Shown piece after piece: positions 18,490-28,640 of a DNA stretch of 64,000 nt. Every line of letters starts with the position of its first letter. Position 1 is the stretch's first letter. The notes beneath the pieces are model-generated. The model was not told where the DNA came from. It worked only from the letters and a program-made list of their open reading frames with translations, and made no database searches. The translations under genes and the position numbers were made by a program. Origin of the DNA: Candidatus Nanoarchaeia archaeon (lineage in GTDB: Archaea > Nanobdellota > Nanobdellia > SCGC-AAA011-G17 > GW2011-AR17); assembly GCA_028706745.1 (NCBI GenBank), contig JAQTVM010000007.1, positions 7,008 through 71,007 of the forward strand, in the 5' to 3' direction.

Positions 18490-19944
18490 ATGAAGATAAA
18501 GACAATACTGGCATTTATGGCTGTTTTTGCCCTGATGGCGGCTTTTGCAAGCGCAAGGTTTGAAGATTTGGAAATAACAGGGCCGGGAATTGAGCAGGCA
18601 GCAGCAGGCTCAACAATTAAAGTTATTCTCACAATAAACAACAAGGGAAGCGATAACCTCATTCTTGGAGTTAGCAGGGACCCGTTTGCAACGCTTGAGT
18701 CAAGCTGGTTTGAATCGATAATGTTCAGCCCAAACACGTTCAAGCTTGACGGATTGGATTCAAGAGAGCTTGAAATAAGCATAAAATTCAAGAAAACAGT
18801 CCCGACTGACAGCACATACCAGACTGCAATAACATTCTACCAGCTGGACAAGCCCGAGCTAAAAAAAGATTTTAACCTGATGATAAGGGCTGTATCTCCT
18901 GAAAACATACTTAAGGCAAAGATAGAAGCAGACGAGATGGTAATGCCCGGCAAGAATTACAAGGCAAAAATCACAGTTGAAAACAACCTTAATGCTGTTC
19001 TCCCTGAGTCAGAGATTGTTGTTGCAAGCGAGCTTTTTGAGGAAAGAAGAAGCATAATCCTTACCCCCTGGCAGGAGAGGGCAGAAACATTTGAATTTCC
19101 AATCAAAGACAATGAAAAACCCGGAGCATACACTGCAAGCATCAGGGTTTATTATGACAAGCAGCTTGTGTCAAAAAAAGAAGTTGATTTCACAGTCACC
19201 ACTGTTTCAGACGTGGGCGGAGACGAGCAGATTGAGGAAGGTTTCCTATGGAAAAGAATCAGCGTGACAAGGCAGGGAAGCGGAAACACCCCCACTGAAA
19301 CAACATACAGAAAAACGCTCAGTTCATTTGAAAAATTGTTTGCATCATACAGCCCTGAGCCGACTGAAGATGAAGGCGACTCGCTTAAATGGGCGCTTAC
19401 TGTAAACCCGGGCACAACGCAGAAAGTCATAATCACAATCAATTACAGGCCGGCATTCTGGGCAGCGCTTGCAATAATAGCATTCACAGTGTTCGCGCTT
19501 TTTATATTCAGAAGGGGAGTTTCACTGAAAAAAGAGATTATTTCCCACAAGACAACGCACGACGGCTTTACAGAGATAAAGGCAAGAATCCACATAAAGA
19601 ATCATGACAAGAAGTATTTGCATGATGCAGTATTGATTGAAGTGCTGCCCCACCATATGCACCCAAAGATGGAGTTCTCAACTCTTCATCCGGAGGCGGT
19701 TGAAAAAGGAGAAAAGGGAATAAGGATAAGGTGGCACCTTGACAAGGTTGCAGGGCACGAGGAAAGAATCATAACTTACACTGTCCTTACAAAAATCGGG
19801 ATAATCGGCGACATTGAGATGCAGCCAACATTATTAAGATACAAGTCAAAGGAAGGAAAAGTGATAAGCGTTAAGTCAAACAAGGTTTCTTTTATTTCAG
19901 GGCACAAAGACATTGCGCCAAAGCACAAGATTGAGCATCTCTAA
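18490..19944 (+). CDS. secreted surface protein with TM anchor and C-terminal cytoplasmic domain
   Basis: 484 aa; signal peptide MKIKTILAFMAVFALMAAFASA; TM AFWAALAIIAFTVFALFIF followed by RRG. Confidence 0.7.
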   Translation: MKIKTILAFMAVFALMAAFASARFEDLEITGPGIEQAAAGSTIKVILTINNKGSDNLILGVSRDPFATLESSWFESIMFSPNTFKLDGLDSRELEISIKFKKTVPTDSTYQTAITFYQLDKPELKKDFNLMIRAVSPENILKAKIEADEMVMPGKNYKAKITVENNLNAVLPESEIVVASELFEERRSIILTPWQERAETFEFPIKDNEKPGAYTASIRVYYDKQLVSKKEVDFTVTTVSDVGGDEQIEEGFLWKRISVTRQGSGNTPTETTYRKTLSSFEKLFASYSPEPTEDEGDSLKWALTVNPGTTQKVIITINYRPAFWAALAIIAFTVFALFIFRRGVSLKKEIISHKTTHDGFTEIKARIHIKNHDKKYLHDAVLIEVLPHHMHPKMEFSTLHPEAVEKGEKGIRIRWHLDKVAGHEERIITYTVLTKIGIIGDIEMQPTLLRYKSKEGKVISVKSNKVSFISGHKDIAPKHKIEHL

Positions 19945-19954
19945 TAAAATATTC

Positions 19955-21058
19955 TTAATCCAGTAAGCAGTCGTATTTTCCCTCAAACAAGTCACTGTAA
20001 ATCCTGTTTCCGTGCTTGAACTCAGCTATTTCAACCATTGATGCGCCGCAGAAATAATTGAAGTTGGAGGATTTTTCCATTTTCTCTTTCGACTCATTCA
20101 TATCAAGGGCAAAAGGGTGATAAGCCCATAATTGCAGGTCCTGTCCAAAGCACCTGCAGAGCATTGCAAATGATTTAAGAGAACGGCGGTATCTTTCCAT
20201 GGAGGCGTATGCTGCAAGCTCCGTGTGCTGAGTTATTTCGTGCATTTTCATTATTTTTGCAGCAGCAGCGGTTGCAATGCCTTCTTCAAGAAAAGATACA
20301 TCCGTGGAAAATCCTGACTTGAATCGCATGTTATGAGTGTATTCGTGAAACACTATGGATACTGCGCTCGCGCTCCATTCAGGAGAAACATATATCTTGT
20401 CTGAAATATCAGGAGGAATTGCAAATCCGGCTGTATTTCTCAAACGCAGGTAAGAAGCAGCGAATGCAGCGGCTGAAAATGCAGCTGCAGGTATTGCGCC
20501 GGCCGCAGCTGATAATGCAATGCCGGCGCCTGCGGCAAGTGAAAAGCCCGAAACTATTGCACCTAGAACAAAAGCAGCGCCAATGACAGGCTTTACAAGC
20601 TCGTATGCAACCATTGGTTTTGATTCCATAACCTTAATCTCAGGCTCTTTCAAAAGAGAGATTCCTGTTAACTCATTGAAAAAAGGCTTTGCATTGGAAA
20701 GAATGCCTGCATATTCCTCTTTTGTTCTTACCATATAAGCCGGAAGAGAAGAATAAAGCATTCTTTCAAGGCGATTATAATTCTTCAATGTGCCTATTAA
20801 CGATTCCCCTGCGTTTTGGTAAGGCTCATTGTTTCTTGCTCCTGAAAGCAAGTATCCGGCATCATTGAACTCATCAAAAGCAAACCTTGCGAGATACTCG
20901 AGGTTATTTGGATTTTTAACAAAATTTTGCTTCAGAAGCTTTGCTTTTTTTTCGCATTCTTTCAGGCGCTTCTTAAGAGCCCTCAATTCCCCTTTTTCCA
21001 TGCAATAAGGTATTGATTCGGATATTATAAATGCTTCTAAAATTGCCATATTCCGCAA
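19955..21058 (-). CDS. membrane-associated HEXXH zincin-like protein
   Basis: 367 aa; poly-Ala/Gly TM region then IVFHEYTHNMRF (HEXXH). Confidence 0.6.
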   Translation of the reverse strand: MRNMAILEAFIISESIPYCMEKGELRALKKRLKECEKKAKLLKQNFVKNPNNLEYLARFAFDEFNDAGYLLSGARNNEPYQNAGESLIGTLKNYNRLERMLYSSLPAYMVRTKEEYAGILSNAKPFFNELTGISLLKEPEIKVMESKPMVAYELVKPVIGAAFVLGAIVSGFSLAAGAGIALSAAAGAIPAAAFSAAAFAASYLRLRNTAGFAIPPDISDKIYVSPEWSASAVSIVFHEYTHNMRFKSGFSTDVSFLEEGIATAAAAKIMKMHEITQHTELAAYASMERYRRSLKSFAMLCRCFGQDLQLWAYHPFALDMNESKEKMEKSSNFNYFCGASMVEIAEFKHGNRIYSDLFEGKYDCLLD

Positions 21059-21120
21059 TTATTTCCACAATAATCAATAAAAACCTATATAAATGGGTTG
21101 CTATTACAATAAACCATTAA

Positions 21121-21243
21121 CCCGCCTTAGCTCAGTGGTGGAGCACACGGCTGTAGAAAATGTGCGACAAGGCAATGATTGCCATGGATGATACACATTC
21201 AGCCGAACCCGTGAGGTCGCCGGTTCGAGTCCGGCAGGCGGGA
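21121..21243 (+). tRNA. tRNA-Tyr (anticodon GTA) with an ~50-nt anticodon-loop intron
   Basis: CCCGCCT acceptor with C1:G72 (archaeal Tyr identity), D-arm TAGCTCAGTGGTGGAGCA, anticodon stem CACGG…CCGTG with CTGTAG then inserted sequence before CCGTG, T-arm GCCGGTTCGAGTCCGGC, 3' AGGCGGGA. Confidence 0.7.
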
Positions 21244-21259
21244 TTCATTTTTATTTCTT

Positions 21260-22216
21260 TTAAATCATCTTTTCAATATTAGAAATCCTGTACGGAAGCC
21301 TTGCTGATTCCTGCTCAACAACCCTTGCGGCGTAATAAGAGCCTGCCTGAAGCATCCTTGTAATGCTGAATTCCTTTGCAAATCCGTATAAGAATCCTGC
21401 TGCAAACGCGTCCCCTGCGCCGTTTGTGTTCTTCACTTCAGAAACAGAGTAAGCAGCGCAAATTCCATTTCCCAAAAATCCTTTTGCCATTGCTCCTTTT
21501 GAGCCCATCTTTACAACAGCTGTCTTGCCGTCAGCAGCCAGCCTGTCCAATGCAAGATAAGGATTGTCAGCGCCTGTATAAGCCATTGCCTCTTCCTCGT
21601 TTGCAAACACAATGTCAACGTAATTCTCAAGCAAGTGCCTTATTCTTCTCTTGTGCCTTTGTATAAAAGTGACAGATGCAAGGTCAAAGCTGGTAATAAC
21701 CTTGTTCTTCCTTGCTATCTTCATTGCCCTCTTAACTGTCCAGTACATTGAATCCAATGCATAGGCGGTTGTGTGGAAAATGTCAGTGGAAGCTATCTGC
21801 CATTTGTCAAAATCCCAAGGCAATAATGAAGATGACTTGCCCATGTTCATTGCAAATGTCCTTTCCTTGTCATACGAAATTAATGTAAGGCATTTGCCTG
21901 TGGGTCCTTTTTTCGCATCAATATAAGGGATAACTCCTGCTTTCCTCAATTCTTCTGCATAATACTCTCCTGCCTCGTCATTTCCTGTTGAACCGATAAA
22001 CACAGCCTCCATTCCAAGGTTTGCAAACCCGTGGCAGACATTTGCGGCAGAGCCGCCCGGGCTTCTTGTTGCTTTCAATACTTCCTCAAAGAATCTCATC
22101 TGCTCTGCGCCAATTGAATTAAACTGCCCCTTGCTCAAGCCGTGAATGTGTATAAAATCGTCCTTTACTTCTGCTGTGTAATCCACAGGCGTGTTTTCAA
22201 GCGCTGTAAGCCTCAT
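21260..22216 (-). CDS. PfkB-family carbohydrate/nucleoside kinase (ribokinase-like)
   Basis: 318 aa; GG di-glycine region and C-terminal NTNGAGDAFAAGFLYG motif. Confidence 0.85.
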   Translation of the reverse strand: MRLTALENTPVDYTAEVKDDFIHIHGLSKGQFNSIGAEQMRFFEEVLKATRSPGGSAANVCHGFANLGMEAVFIGSTGNDEAGEYYAEELRKAGVIPYIDAKKGPTGKCLTLISYDKERTFAMNMGKSSSLLPWDFDKWQIASTDIFHTTAYALDSMYWTVKRAMKIARKNKVITSFDLASVTFIQRHKRRIRHLLENYVDIVFANEEEAMAYTGADNPYLALDRLAADGKTAVVKMGSKGAMAKGFLGNGICAAYSVSEVKNTNGAGDAFAAGFLYGFAKEFSITRMLQAGSYYAARVVEQESARLPYRISNIEKMI

Positions 22217-22228
22217 CTTGTTCCTCCC

Positions 22229-22495
22229 TTACGGCTCATACCTTCTTGCTGTCCATTCAGGAATATTTACAAATTTGGTGTAAATAGTCAAAATATTTTT
22301 GTCATCCCTGCAGTAAATTCTTTCTATATCCGCATTTACGAATTCGTGCTTTTCAAGAGTATTGCATCCTGCCGGAAGCTTTATGACCTGGTCTCCCTGC
22401 GGCGGAGGTTCCATCCTAAAAACAGGCTTTTCTTCCTCTTCGCATCCGATAGCTATTGCCGCCAATCCTGCCAATAAAACTGATTTTAATTTCAT
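22229..22495 (-). CDS. putative lipoprotein
   Basis: MKLKSVLLAGLAAIAIGCEEEEK signal with lipobox. Confidence 0.5.
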   Translation of the reverse strand: MKLKSVLLAGLAAIAIGCEEEEKPVFRMEPPPQGDQVIKLPAGCNTLEKHEFVNADIERIYCRDDKNILTIYTKFVNIPEWTARRYEP

Positions 22496-22599
22496 GATAT
22501 TGCCTCCATTATTGATAGGAGAAATCTTTTGGTAACTTATAAAGGTTTCTCCGAAATTTGCGAAATATAACCAAAGAACAAAGTGAACACGATTTTTTA

Positions 22600-22950
22600 T
22601 TACATCAATTTAAGCTTGCCTATGACTTCATCTATCTTCTCATCCTCATCAGGTCCTATTCCAAGGCAGGTTGTTGTCGGCTCATTGAAGAAAGTCCTTC
22701 CTGCATCCGTGATTAAAGCTGTTGTCATGCCTGAATCCTCTGCCATCTGCTTGTATTTGAAAAGCTCTTTTAGCCCTGACACCTTGAGCGCAATCTTGGT
22801 CATCCCTTCTGAACGCCATTTTGAAACAATTTTCCTGTCTGACTTCAATACTGCCTCTACAGACGCGTGCGCTGCCTGCACAGACATTTTTCCTTTGTCC
22901 ATTTTCAGGTCTTCACGTATAAGGATGGCTTGTTTCATATTATCCCTCAC
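22600..22950 (-). CDS. pth: peptidyl-tRNA hydrolase, archaeal Pth2 type
   Basis: 116 aa; MKQAILIREDLKMDKGKMSVQAAHASV…GLKELF…TCLGIGP typical of PTH2. Confidence 0.85.
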   Translation of the reverse strand: MRDNMKQAILIREDLKMDKGKMSVQAAHASVEAVLKSDRKIVSKWRSEGMTKIALKVSGLKELFKYKQMAEDSGMTTALITDAGRTFFNEPTTTCLGIGPDEDEKIDEVIGKLKLM

Positions 22951-23420
22951 TTTGCAAGATTCTCGAACACCTTGCGATACCTGCTTATTACATGCCCTGC
23001 ATAGAACAGAATATCAGAATCCACTCTCCCCTTTATCGCATATGCGCTTTTCGGCACTTTTCTTGTCATATTTCTTCTCCGGACTTTGAAACTTTTTTAA
23101 GCCTGCTGAAAATCCAATATTCTATTTCATCAAGCTCAGTAACTTCACCTTTTGCTATCTTAAAGGTAAAACTTTCTATGTCTTTATCAGTTGTTTTAAG
23201 CTTATATCTGTTTCGCTCAAGCAAAACCAGCACCGCTGCCAGAGCAGTCCTATCAAATAAGATGTTGTAAAGATATTTAAACCATTCTGCCCAATAGATG
23301 CATATGGAAAACAGGAAAGGCGAGATTATGCAGGTTGACAATCATAAGGAGCTTATACGCAGGAAAGGAGAATACAAAAAGCTGTGGAATTTACAGAAAG
23401 GAGGGTATATAAGATAAGGC

Positions 23421-23615
23421 TTATTTCTCAAATATAAACAGCTCTTCAACAGTGGATTTCAAGGCCACTGCAACATCATGAGCCAATTGAAGAGAGGGAT
23501 TGTATTTTCCTTTTTCAAGAAAAACAATTGTTTCCCTCCTGACTCCAACCTTCTTTGCAAGGTCTTCCTGCGTAAGATTGTGCCTTGCCCTGAATTCCTT
23601 GATTCTTGTTTTCAT
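23421..23615 (-). CDS. XRE/Cro-C1 family HTH transcriptional regulator
   Basis: 64 aa; [32 protein letters not shown]. Confidence 0.8.
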   Translation of the reverse strand: MKTRIKEFRARHNLTQEDLAKKVGVRRETIVFLEKGKYNPSLQLAHDVAVALKSTVEELFIFEK

Positions 23616-24040
23616 ATCTCTTTCCTGTTATAGTAAGCCCAGAATGCCAAAAACAGCAAAGCCATTCCGCCGACTGCAACGCCTGTTGCCTGGCTGACAT
23701 CCCTGAACTTGATTAAATCCTCTGAAAAAAAGCCAATTGCCAGCAGAAGGTAAAGAGAGACATAAAACGCTTTTGAGCTTGCTTTTTCAATCACTTTCCT
23801 GCTTCTTTCGTCATGGATTGGATAGCCCTCTTTAAGCGCCTTATTGTTTCTCCTGAAAGTGAAAATGGCAAGCCCAACTATGAAAATTGTGATTAGCAAT
23901 CCGACAATGCCTCCGGAAATATCGCCTTTCCTGAATATGGTTACTGCAAACAAAATGCCTGTTAAACTTACAAGCACGCATAATATCATAATTGCCAGCA
24001 TTCTTAGCTTGTCTATCTTGCGGTTTGTTTTTGGTTTCAT
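23612..24040 (-). CDS. membrane protein (DUF2178-like partner of the XRE regulator)
   Basis: 142 aa with four hydrophobic helices; stop overlaps the XRE gene start by 4 nt. Confidence 0.6.
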   Translation of the reverse strand: MKPKTNRKIDKLRMLAIMILCVLVSLTGILFAVTIFRKGDISGGIVGLLITIFIVGLAIFTFRRNNKALKEGYPIHDERSRKVIEKASSKAFYVSLYLLLAIGFFSEDLIKFRDVSQATGVAVGGMALLFLAFWAYYNRKEI

Positions 24041-24293
24041 TTGTCCTCCTGTTGCTTATTTAGCATATTTTGTTATATTGATATAACTTTATGTTAGATA
24101 TAAATAACATTTAGTATATAAACCTTGCGGTTCGAATAACCCCAAGGTTAAGAACACAGAGACCAAATATTTCGGATTTCAAATGCTGAAAAAGCTTCTT
24201 TAAAGCATAGAAAACATACTCACTTCGTTCGAGGCTTTCTGCCCGCTTCGGCTCACAGAAAGCATTAAAAGACTAGCCTCCTTTTATTTATGT

Positions 24294-24761
24294 ATGAATG
24301 ACGAAGATTTCATGAGGCTTGCAATAGCAAAGACAAAAGAGGGCATTAAAAAATGCCAAACGCCGTTTGGCGCCTGCATTGTCAAGAAGGGCAGAGTAGT
24401 TGCCTGCGAACATAATGTTGTCTGGAAAGAGGGAAATCCTGTGATGCATGCAGAGGTTCACGCAATACGGCAGGCATGCAGGAAGCTGAAGACAATTGAC
24501 TTATCAGGATGTATCATTTATTCAACAACAGAGCCGTGCCCAATGTGCTATTCCGCAATACATTGGGCAAGAATAAAAAGAATCGTGTATGGCGCTTCTA
24601 TCGCAGATGCCAAAAAAGCAGGATTTAATGAGCTGGCCATTTCTAACAGCACAATGAAGAAAATTGGAAAAAACAAAATCAAGATAGAAAGCGGCTTGCT
24701 GAAGAAGGAATGCGTTGAATTGTTTAAAACCTGGAAGAAACATAAGGGAAAAGCGTATTGA
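24294..24761 (+). CDS. CMP/dCMP-type zinc deaminase (TadA/guanine deaminase-like)
   Basis: 155 aa; HAEVHAI and TEPCPMC zinc-binding motifs. Confidence 0.85.
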   Translation: MNDEDFMRLAIAKTKEGIKKCQTPFGACIVKKGRVVACEHNVVWKEGNPVMHAEVHAIRQACRKLKTIDLSGCIIYSTTEPCPMCYSAIHWARIKRIVYGASIADAKKAGFNELAISNSTMKKIGKNKIKIESGLLKKECVELFKTWKKHKGKAY

Positions 24762-24796
24762 TTAGATTTATAAATACAAAAAACAGATAGTAATAT

Positions 24797-25393
24797 ATGG
24801 ATTTCACAGCTCTTCTTGCATCTCCGTGGTACAACTGGCTGATACTCCCATTATTGATATTCTTCGCAAGAATACTTGATGTCAGCATTGGAACAATCAG
24901 GGTTATTTTCATTTCAAGGGGATTGAAGTTTCTGGCTCCAATGCTTGGTTTTTTTGAGGTATTGATATGGCTTTTGGCAATCAGGCAGGTGATGGCAAAT
25001 CTTTCAAGCCCGCTTTACTTCATTGCATACGCTGCAGGGTTTGCAACAGGCACATTTGTGGGCATTGTATTGGAGGACAAGATAAGCATTGGCAAGGTAA
25101 TAATCAGGATAATTGCAAGGGACCATGCAAAAGATTTAATCAAGGAGCTGCAAAAAAGGAATTACCATATAACAACATCAAATGCAAAAGGCTCTTATGG
25201 AAAAGTCAAGATAGTGTTTACCATAACACAAAGGCACAATATTCCCCGGGTGGCTGAAATAATAAATCAATTCCAGCCTCATGCGTTTTACTCCATTGAG
25301 GACATAAGGTACTCAAGCGATGTGGAAGCCAGCCTGCCGTGGTACAAGAAGATTTATCTGAACAGGTTCGGTTTCTTCAGAAAAGGGAAGTAA
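24797..25393 (+). CDS. DUF2179/YitT-like membrane protein
   Basis: 198 aa; three N-terminal TM helices then a conserved soluble domain. Confidence 0.6.
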   Translation: MDFTALLASPWYNWLILPLLIFFARILDVSIGTIRVIFISRGLKFLAPMLGFFEVLIWLLAIRQVMANLSSPLYFIAYAAGFATGTFVGIVLEDKISIGKVIIRIIARDHAKDLIKELQKRNYHITTSNAKGSYGKVKIVFTITQRHNIPRVAEIINQFQPHAFYSIEDIRYSSDVEASLPWYKKIYLNRFGFFRKGK

Positions 25394-25516
25394 TTTATTC
25401 CATTTGAAGAAAGAATTTTTGCAAAAAATCAACTGAAGGATTTCCGCCTTTATGGTGCGCCGCAGATGATTGCAATAAACCAAAAGCCTTATATATGATG
25501 GCATTTTATACATCAA

Positions 25517-26140
25517 TTGATGGTAAATAATACATCAATAACAAAAGCGGAATGCAATATAATCGCCTTTTTCTTAAGCAATATACAAAAAGAGTTTGGG
25601 ATAAGGGAGATTTCAAGGAATACGAAGACTGACTACAAAAACACATACTCAATAGTGCAAAAGCTGGTTAAGAAAGGCGTGCTGCTAAAACGAAGGCAGG
25701 CAAACCTTGATTTATGCTCTTTAAACTTAAAGGGAGATTTTGGGGAGATTTGCTTTGTTGAGGCAATGAGAGCAAGAATCTTTAGGGCAAAACACAGAAT
25801 GATAAATGAATTTTTCAATGCAGCCATGGAAAAAGCAAGGTATATGCATTACAGCATTGTTGTCTTCGGATCGTTTGCAAAAGGAAAGGAAACAAAAAGC
25901 TCGGACCTGGACATATTGGTGATAGCGCCTGAAAAAAGCGCCGCAGAAGAAATAGTCCGCATATTAAATGCAGAGTCTGTTACAATAGCGGCAGGAATTC
26001 ATGCAATGGCAATAAGCACATCTGACTTCATCTCAAACCTCGCAGACAAAAAGCCCAATGTCATAACCGAAGCATTTAAAAGCCATATTATTATTACAGG
26101 TGCTGAATCATTTTACAAGGGGGGAAAATTTGCCTTATGA
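25517..26140 (+). CDS. minimal nucleotidyltransferase (MNT) with N-terminal wHTH
   Basis: 207 aa; GSFAKGKETKSSDLDILVIAP (GS…D.D nucleotidyltransferase motif). Confidence 0.8.
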   Translation: MMVNNTSITKAECNIIAFFLSNIQKEFGIREISRNTKTDYKNTYSIVQKLVKKGVLLKRRQANLDLCSLNLKGDFGEICFVEAMRARIFRAKHRMINEFFNAAMEKARYMHYSIVVFGSFAKGKETKSSDLDILVIAPEKSAAEEIVRILNAESVTIAAGIHAMAISTSDFISNLADKKPNVITEAFKSHIIITGAESFYKGGKFAL

Positions 26141-26763
26141 AATTTGATGCGGATGAAGTGAAAAAAGCGGAAAATAATGTCGCACAATACTTAAAGGACG
26201 GGCTGCTGAAAAAAGATGCGGGAAATTCCCAATTTTCCGGATTTTACATGGAAAATGCAAAGAAGGCGCTGCTTATCGCCAGGCACCTTCAAAAGCTTTC
26301 AACAGAGGCAGAAACAAGAAAAAATAACGGATTCCCTGAAGGATTTGAATGCTTCTTGTGGGTGATTGTATTGTCGTATTACAGCATGTTTTATACTGCA
26401 AATGCCGCGCTGGCTAAAATAAAGATTAAGGTAGGAGATAAAATTGCGCATAAGGTAACGCAGGATGCGCTTGTTGTTTATTTCATCAAGAATAAAAAGC
26501 TCGCAAAATATCTGCTTGAAGATTATGAATCCACTAAAAATGAGGTGCTTTCCCTTATGGGGGTTAGTGAAGAGGAGCTGCTTAAGGAATTTCAGGTAAA
26601 AGCAGAGGCGCTTATTGCAACATTCGACTACCAGCGCAGGAAAAGAGGGGAATTCCAGTATGAAATTAAGATGCCTGCGAAAGAGAATATGGCAAATCTC
26701 GCACTGGAAAGGACTGAAAGATTTATTCAGGAAATGGCAAAAGCCATAGGCAGGATGAATTAA
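26137..26763 (+). CDS. HEPN-domain protein, partner of the upstream MNT
   Basis: 208 aa; 4-nt ATGA overlap with the MNT gene; paralog of 59600-60199 (YYSMFY…ALL motif shared). Confidence 0.65.
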   Translation: MKFDADEVKKAENNVAQYLKDGLLKKDAGNSQFSGFYMENAKKALLIARHLQKLSTEAETRKNNGFPEGFECFLWVIVLSYYSMFYTANAALAKIKIKVGDKIAHKVTQDALVVYFIKNKKLAKYLLEDYESTKNEVLSLMGVSEEELLKEFQVKAEALIATFDYQRRKRGEFQYEIKMPAKENMANLALERTERFIQEMAKAIGRMN

Positions 26764-27209
26764 TGACCACAATCGCAAAAGACACTCCTCTTGCTGAAAT
26801 CACGCTAAGAAAATACGAAAAGCTTTCCCCTGAATGCACAAGAAGGGAAATCGTGAGAAAGGTATGCCTTTCAATGGGGCTTTTGCAGCCGGGCGATTCA
26901 AGGGACATTGTTGTTGACGTATTGCAGGCAGTGATTGACAATAAAAAAGAGATGAGTTCTGAAGAGATTATAGAGAAGGCAATTGCGTTAAGGAAAGAAT
27001 CCAATCTGCCGATGAACGGCATTGCTTCTTCAAACATAAGAAGACAGATAAAAAGACTTAAAGACATTTACTTCATTGAAAAGGCAGGAGAAGGCTACAG
27101 GCTTACTGAGAATGAAGAATTAGTGTCAATATTCGAGCATAAGATACAAAAATTCATTCTTCCTTCAATAACTGAGAGGATTAAAGAGTATTTGAATGCG
27201 TTGAAGTAG
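26763..27209 (+). CDS. hypothetical winged-helix-like protein
   Basis: 148 aa; overlaps the previous stop by 1 nt. Confidence 0.45.
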   Translation: MTTIAKDTPLAEITLRKYEKLSPECTRREIVRKVCLSMGLLQPGDSRDIVVDVLQAVIDNKKEMSSEEIIEKAIALRKESNLPMNGIASSNIRRQIKRLKDIYFIEKAGEGYRLTENEELVSIFEHKIQKFILPSITERIKEYLNALK

Positions 27210-27218
27210 GCTGATTTT

Positions 27219-27740
27219 ATGCACAAGTCCATTTACGAACCTTCAGATGATTCTTACCTATTGGAAAAGCACGTGAATAAATACGCAAAAGGAAAAGTAT
27301 TGGAGGTAGGAACCGGCTCCGGCATTCTTGCAAAAGCGGCTTTTAAGAAAACAAAAGATGTTCTTGCTGTTGACATAAACCCTGAATCTGTGAAACACGT
27401 GAAATCACTTGGGATAAAAGCCATTTGCTCTGACTTGTTTGCAAATGTTGAAGGGAAGTTTGACTTGATTATTTTCAACCCGCCGTACCTGCCTTTTGAA
27501 AGGAAAGAAGACAGGGAAACCGCCTTGCAGGTGGCAGGCGGAAAAAAAGGGCACGAAATTATTAAAAAATTCCTGAAGCAGGCGAAGAAGCATCTGGAGA
27601 AAAACGGAAAAATACTTCTCCTGTTCAGCTCATTGTCAGGGGATATTGAGGGAATAATGGCAAAAGAGGAATATAAATTCAGGAAGATTGACGAGAAGCC
27701 GCTGTTCTTTGAAAAACTGCTTGTTTATGAGTTGAGATAA
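27219..27740 (+). CDS. class I SAM-dependent methyltransferase, HemK/Mtq2-like (N5-glutamine)
   Basis: 173 aa; VLEVGTGSG motif I and IIFNPPYLP (NPPY) motif IV. Confidence 0.8.
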   Translation: MHKSIYEPSDDSYLLEKHVNKYAKGKVLEVGTGSGILAKAAFKKTKDVLAVDINPESVKHVKSLGIKAICSDLFANVEGKFDLIIFNPPYLPFERKEDRETALQVAGGKKGHEIIKKFLKQAKKHLEKNGKILLLFSSLSGDIEGIMAKEEYKFRKIDEKPLFFEKLLVYELR

Positions 27741-27841
27741 ATTCCCTTTTCTTGTTTTGTAACCACTCTATAAATGACAAAAAACCGAAACCTTTATAAA
27801 GGAGCTGTTGATTATGCGTATCAACAAGAACTACATCGGAG

Positions 27842-28627
27842 TTGATAATAATGATAGTAAGCGAAGAATTTTTAGGAAAGGCACGCTCGGCATTTGACTT
27901 GAATGAGTACGAGATAAAAACCTGGACAGCCCTTCTCTCAAGAGGAGAGTCAACAGCAGGCGAATTAGCCGAGATAAGCACAGTGCCAAGATCAAGAGTT
28001 TATGATATTCTGGAAAGCTTGACTTCAAAGGGATATGTCTTAAAAAAGAACGCAACCCCGATAAGATACAAGACAGTAAGCCCCGAGGAAGCATTGAAGG
28101 CTGCAAAGAAAAATGCATTCAGGAATGCAGACACAAAGTCAGCAGAGCTTGAAAAGATAAAATCATCTGACGCATTCAGGGACCTTGACAAGTTTTACAA
28201 GCAGGGCTCTGAGCAGATAAAAACCGAAGTTGTCGGATTAATCAAGGGAAGAAAGAACCTGCACGCGCAGCTGAAGGCAATGGTTTCCGAAGCAAAGAAA
28301 ACAGTCGTGATTGTCTCAACTTCAAACGGGCTTGCAAGAAAGGGAAGAGTTTTGCAGGCTGAACTGAAAAAAGCAAAGGACAAGGGAGTTTCAGTTAAGG
28401 TTTTATCTTCAGCTGAATCACTGCCTGAAGAGCTGAAAGGCATGGCAGAGCTGAGAAAGCACAAGTCAAGCACAAGGTTCGTGATTGTTGATGACAAGGC
28501 AGTATTGTTCATGATGGATGATGACAAGGACGTGCACGAGGCATATGACACAGGCATCGTAGTCAATTCAGGCTTCTTTGCAAAGGGCTTTGAGCACCTG
28601 TTCAGCAACCACTGGGAAAAGATGTAA
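27842..28627 (+). CDS. TrmB-family transcriptional regulator (paralog of 10897-11721)
   Basis: 261 aa; EYEIKTWTALLSRGESTAGELAEISTVPRSRVYDILESL; C-terminal domain alignable with the other TrmB paralog. Confidence 0.8.
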   Translation: MIIMIVSEEFLGKARSAFDLNEYEIKTWTALLSRGESTAGELAEISTVPRSRVYDILESLTSKGYVLKKNATPIRYKTVSPEEALKAAKKNAFRNADTKSAELEKIKSSDAFRDLDKFYKQGSEQIKTEVVGLIKGRKNLHAQLKAMVSEAKKTVVIVSTSNGLARKGRVLQAELKKAKDKGVSVKVLSSAESLPEELKGMAELRKHKSSTRFVIVDDKAVLFMMDDDKDVHEAYDTGIVVNSGFFAKGFEHLFSNHWEKM

Positions 28628-28640
28628 GGGGAAAGGAAAA

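Noticed and set aside
18240-18815. 191-aa minus-strand ORF spanning the end of the HIT gene and the start of the surface-protein gene
   Set aside because: It overlaps two well-supported plus-strand genes and their intergenic promoter region.
22583-23089. 168-aa plus-strand ORF overlapping the Pth2 gene
   Set aside because: Pth2 on the minus strand has a canonical sequence, and the plus-frame product is S/L/F-rich low complexity.
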